The notes beneath the pieces are model-generated. The model worked only from the letters and a program-made list of their open reading frames with translations. It made no database searches and was not told where the DNA came from. Below are positions 31,279 through 32,000 of a stretch of 32,000 nucleotides of DNA, in pieces. The translations under genes and the position numbers were made by a program. Location of the stretch: assembly GCF_042660085.1 (NCBI RefSeq), contig NZ_JBHSTI010000008.1:1989876-2021875 (forward strand). The letters are read 5' to 3'. This DNA comes from Longivirga aurantiaca (GTDB lineage: Bacteria > Actinomycetota > Actinomycetes > S36-B12 > CAIYMF01). The stretch's first letter is position 1. Every line of letters starts with the position of its first letter.

Positions 31279-32000
31279 GTGAGCTCCGAGGACGCTGCCG
31301 CCGAGCCTGCCCCGCGGCGATGGCGCATCGACGTCTCGCCCCTGCGCACGTCGAGCGACTTCCGCGCGCTGTTCACCGCAGGGGTCGTGTCGTACCTCGG
31401 CTCGATGTTCACGTTCGTCGCGATCCCGCTGCAGGCGCAGCAGCTCACCGGCTCGTTCGTGGTCGTCGGTCTGCTCGGCCTGGCCGAGGTGATCCCGATC
31501 CTCGTGTTCGGGCTGTGGGGCGGTGCGCTCGCCGACCACGTCGACCGCCGCCGCATGATCCTCGTGACCGAGGTGTGCCTCGGCATCGGATCGCTCATCC
31601 TGCTGGCCAACGCGCTGCTGCCCGACCCGCACGTGTGGGTCCTGTTCGTCGTCGGCGCACTGTTCGCCGCGTGCGACTCGCTGCAACGGCCGTCGGTGGA
31701 CGCGCTCGTCCCGCAGTCGGTCCCGCACCACCAGCTCGGCGGCGCAGCCGCGCTCATGTCGCTGCGGTGGAGCGTCGGCTTCATCCTCGGCACGTCGCTC
31801 GGCGGTCTCGTCGCGTCGTACCTCGGCGTCGCGGTCGCCTACGGCATCGACGCCGTCTCGTACGTGCTGTCGTTCCTCATCTTCCTGTCGCTGAAGAGCC
31901 GCGGCCGGATGAAGGACGAGGGCACGCCCGGCATCGGTGCCATCGCCGAAGGCGTTCGTTACGCGTGGGGGCGCAAGGACCTGCTGGGCACCTACGCCGT
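31279..32000 (+). CDS. MFS transporter, 3' truncated by window (absent from supplied ORF track)
   Basis: Hand-translated from GTG 31279: VSSEDAAAEPAPRRRWRIDVSPLRTSSDFRALFTAGVVSYLGSMFTFVAIPLQAQQLTGSFVVVGLLGLAEVIPILVFGLWGGALADHVDRRRMILVTEVCLG...; no stop to the window end. Confidence 0.92.
   Translation, partial: MSSEDAAAEPAPRRWRIDVSPLRTSSDFRALFTAGVVSYLGSMFTFVAIPLQAQQLTGSFVVVGLLGLAEVIPILVFGLWGGALADHVDRRRMILVTEVCLGIGSLILLANALLPDPHVWVLFVVGALFAACDSLQRPSVDALVPQSVPHHQLGGAAALMSLRWSVGFILGTSLGGLVASYLGVAVAYGIDAVSYVLSFLIFLSLKSRGRMKDEGTPGIGAIAEGVRYAWGRKDLLGTYA

Noticed and set aside
1-32000. Mobile island, prophage, toxin-antitoxin or CRISPR-Cas content
   Set aside because: No transposase, integrase, phage structural genes, Cas proteins or direct-repeat arrays. 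The HNH/DUF222 gene alone is insufficient evidence.

Overview
The window is high-GC actinobacterial chromosome; a Micrococcales/Cellulomonadaceae-like origin is my inference. It is mostly ordinary, densely packed coding sequence. I see no CRISPR array, transposase, rRNA, tRNA or prophage. Left to right: (1) a stress/envelope group: possible glycosyltransferase C-terminus, YtxH-like protein, GlsB/YeaQ/YmgE-type membrane protein, ferritin-like protein, and a 51-aa DUF6131-like membrane protein missing from the ORF track; (2) a GAF-GAF-SpoIIE phosphatase; (3) a stand-alone LigD polymerase-domain protein divergent from ku; (4) hemerythrin-domain protein; (5) a RecQ-family helicase with a phosphoribosyltransferase-like tail, overlapped by an N-formylglutamate amidohydrolase gene; (6) two facing partner-switch operons: RsbW-like ATPase + STAS, and RsbW-like ATPase + SigB/F/G-type sigma factor; (7) a DUF222/HNH (13E12-type) protein; (8) alpha/beta hydrolase, TupA-like ATP-grasp, GNAT and winged-helix proteins; (9) glnA, class I glutamine amidotransferase, glnE and MFS operon, divergent from nadE; (10) DHA2-type MFS + TetR operon; (11) panB, DUF805, a hypothetical protein and a truncated MFS gene. 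I found no convincing new defense or mobile system. The best leads are four GTTT-N15/16-GGGnA(C/G/T) promoter-like sites upstream of stress, phosphatase, hemerythrin and ku genes near the SigB-type regulatory module, the RecQ-PRTase architecture, a 17-bp interrupted dyad at 11906-11959, and several operator-like or terminator-like palindromes.
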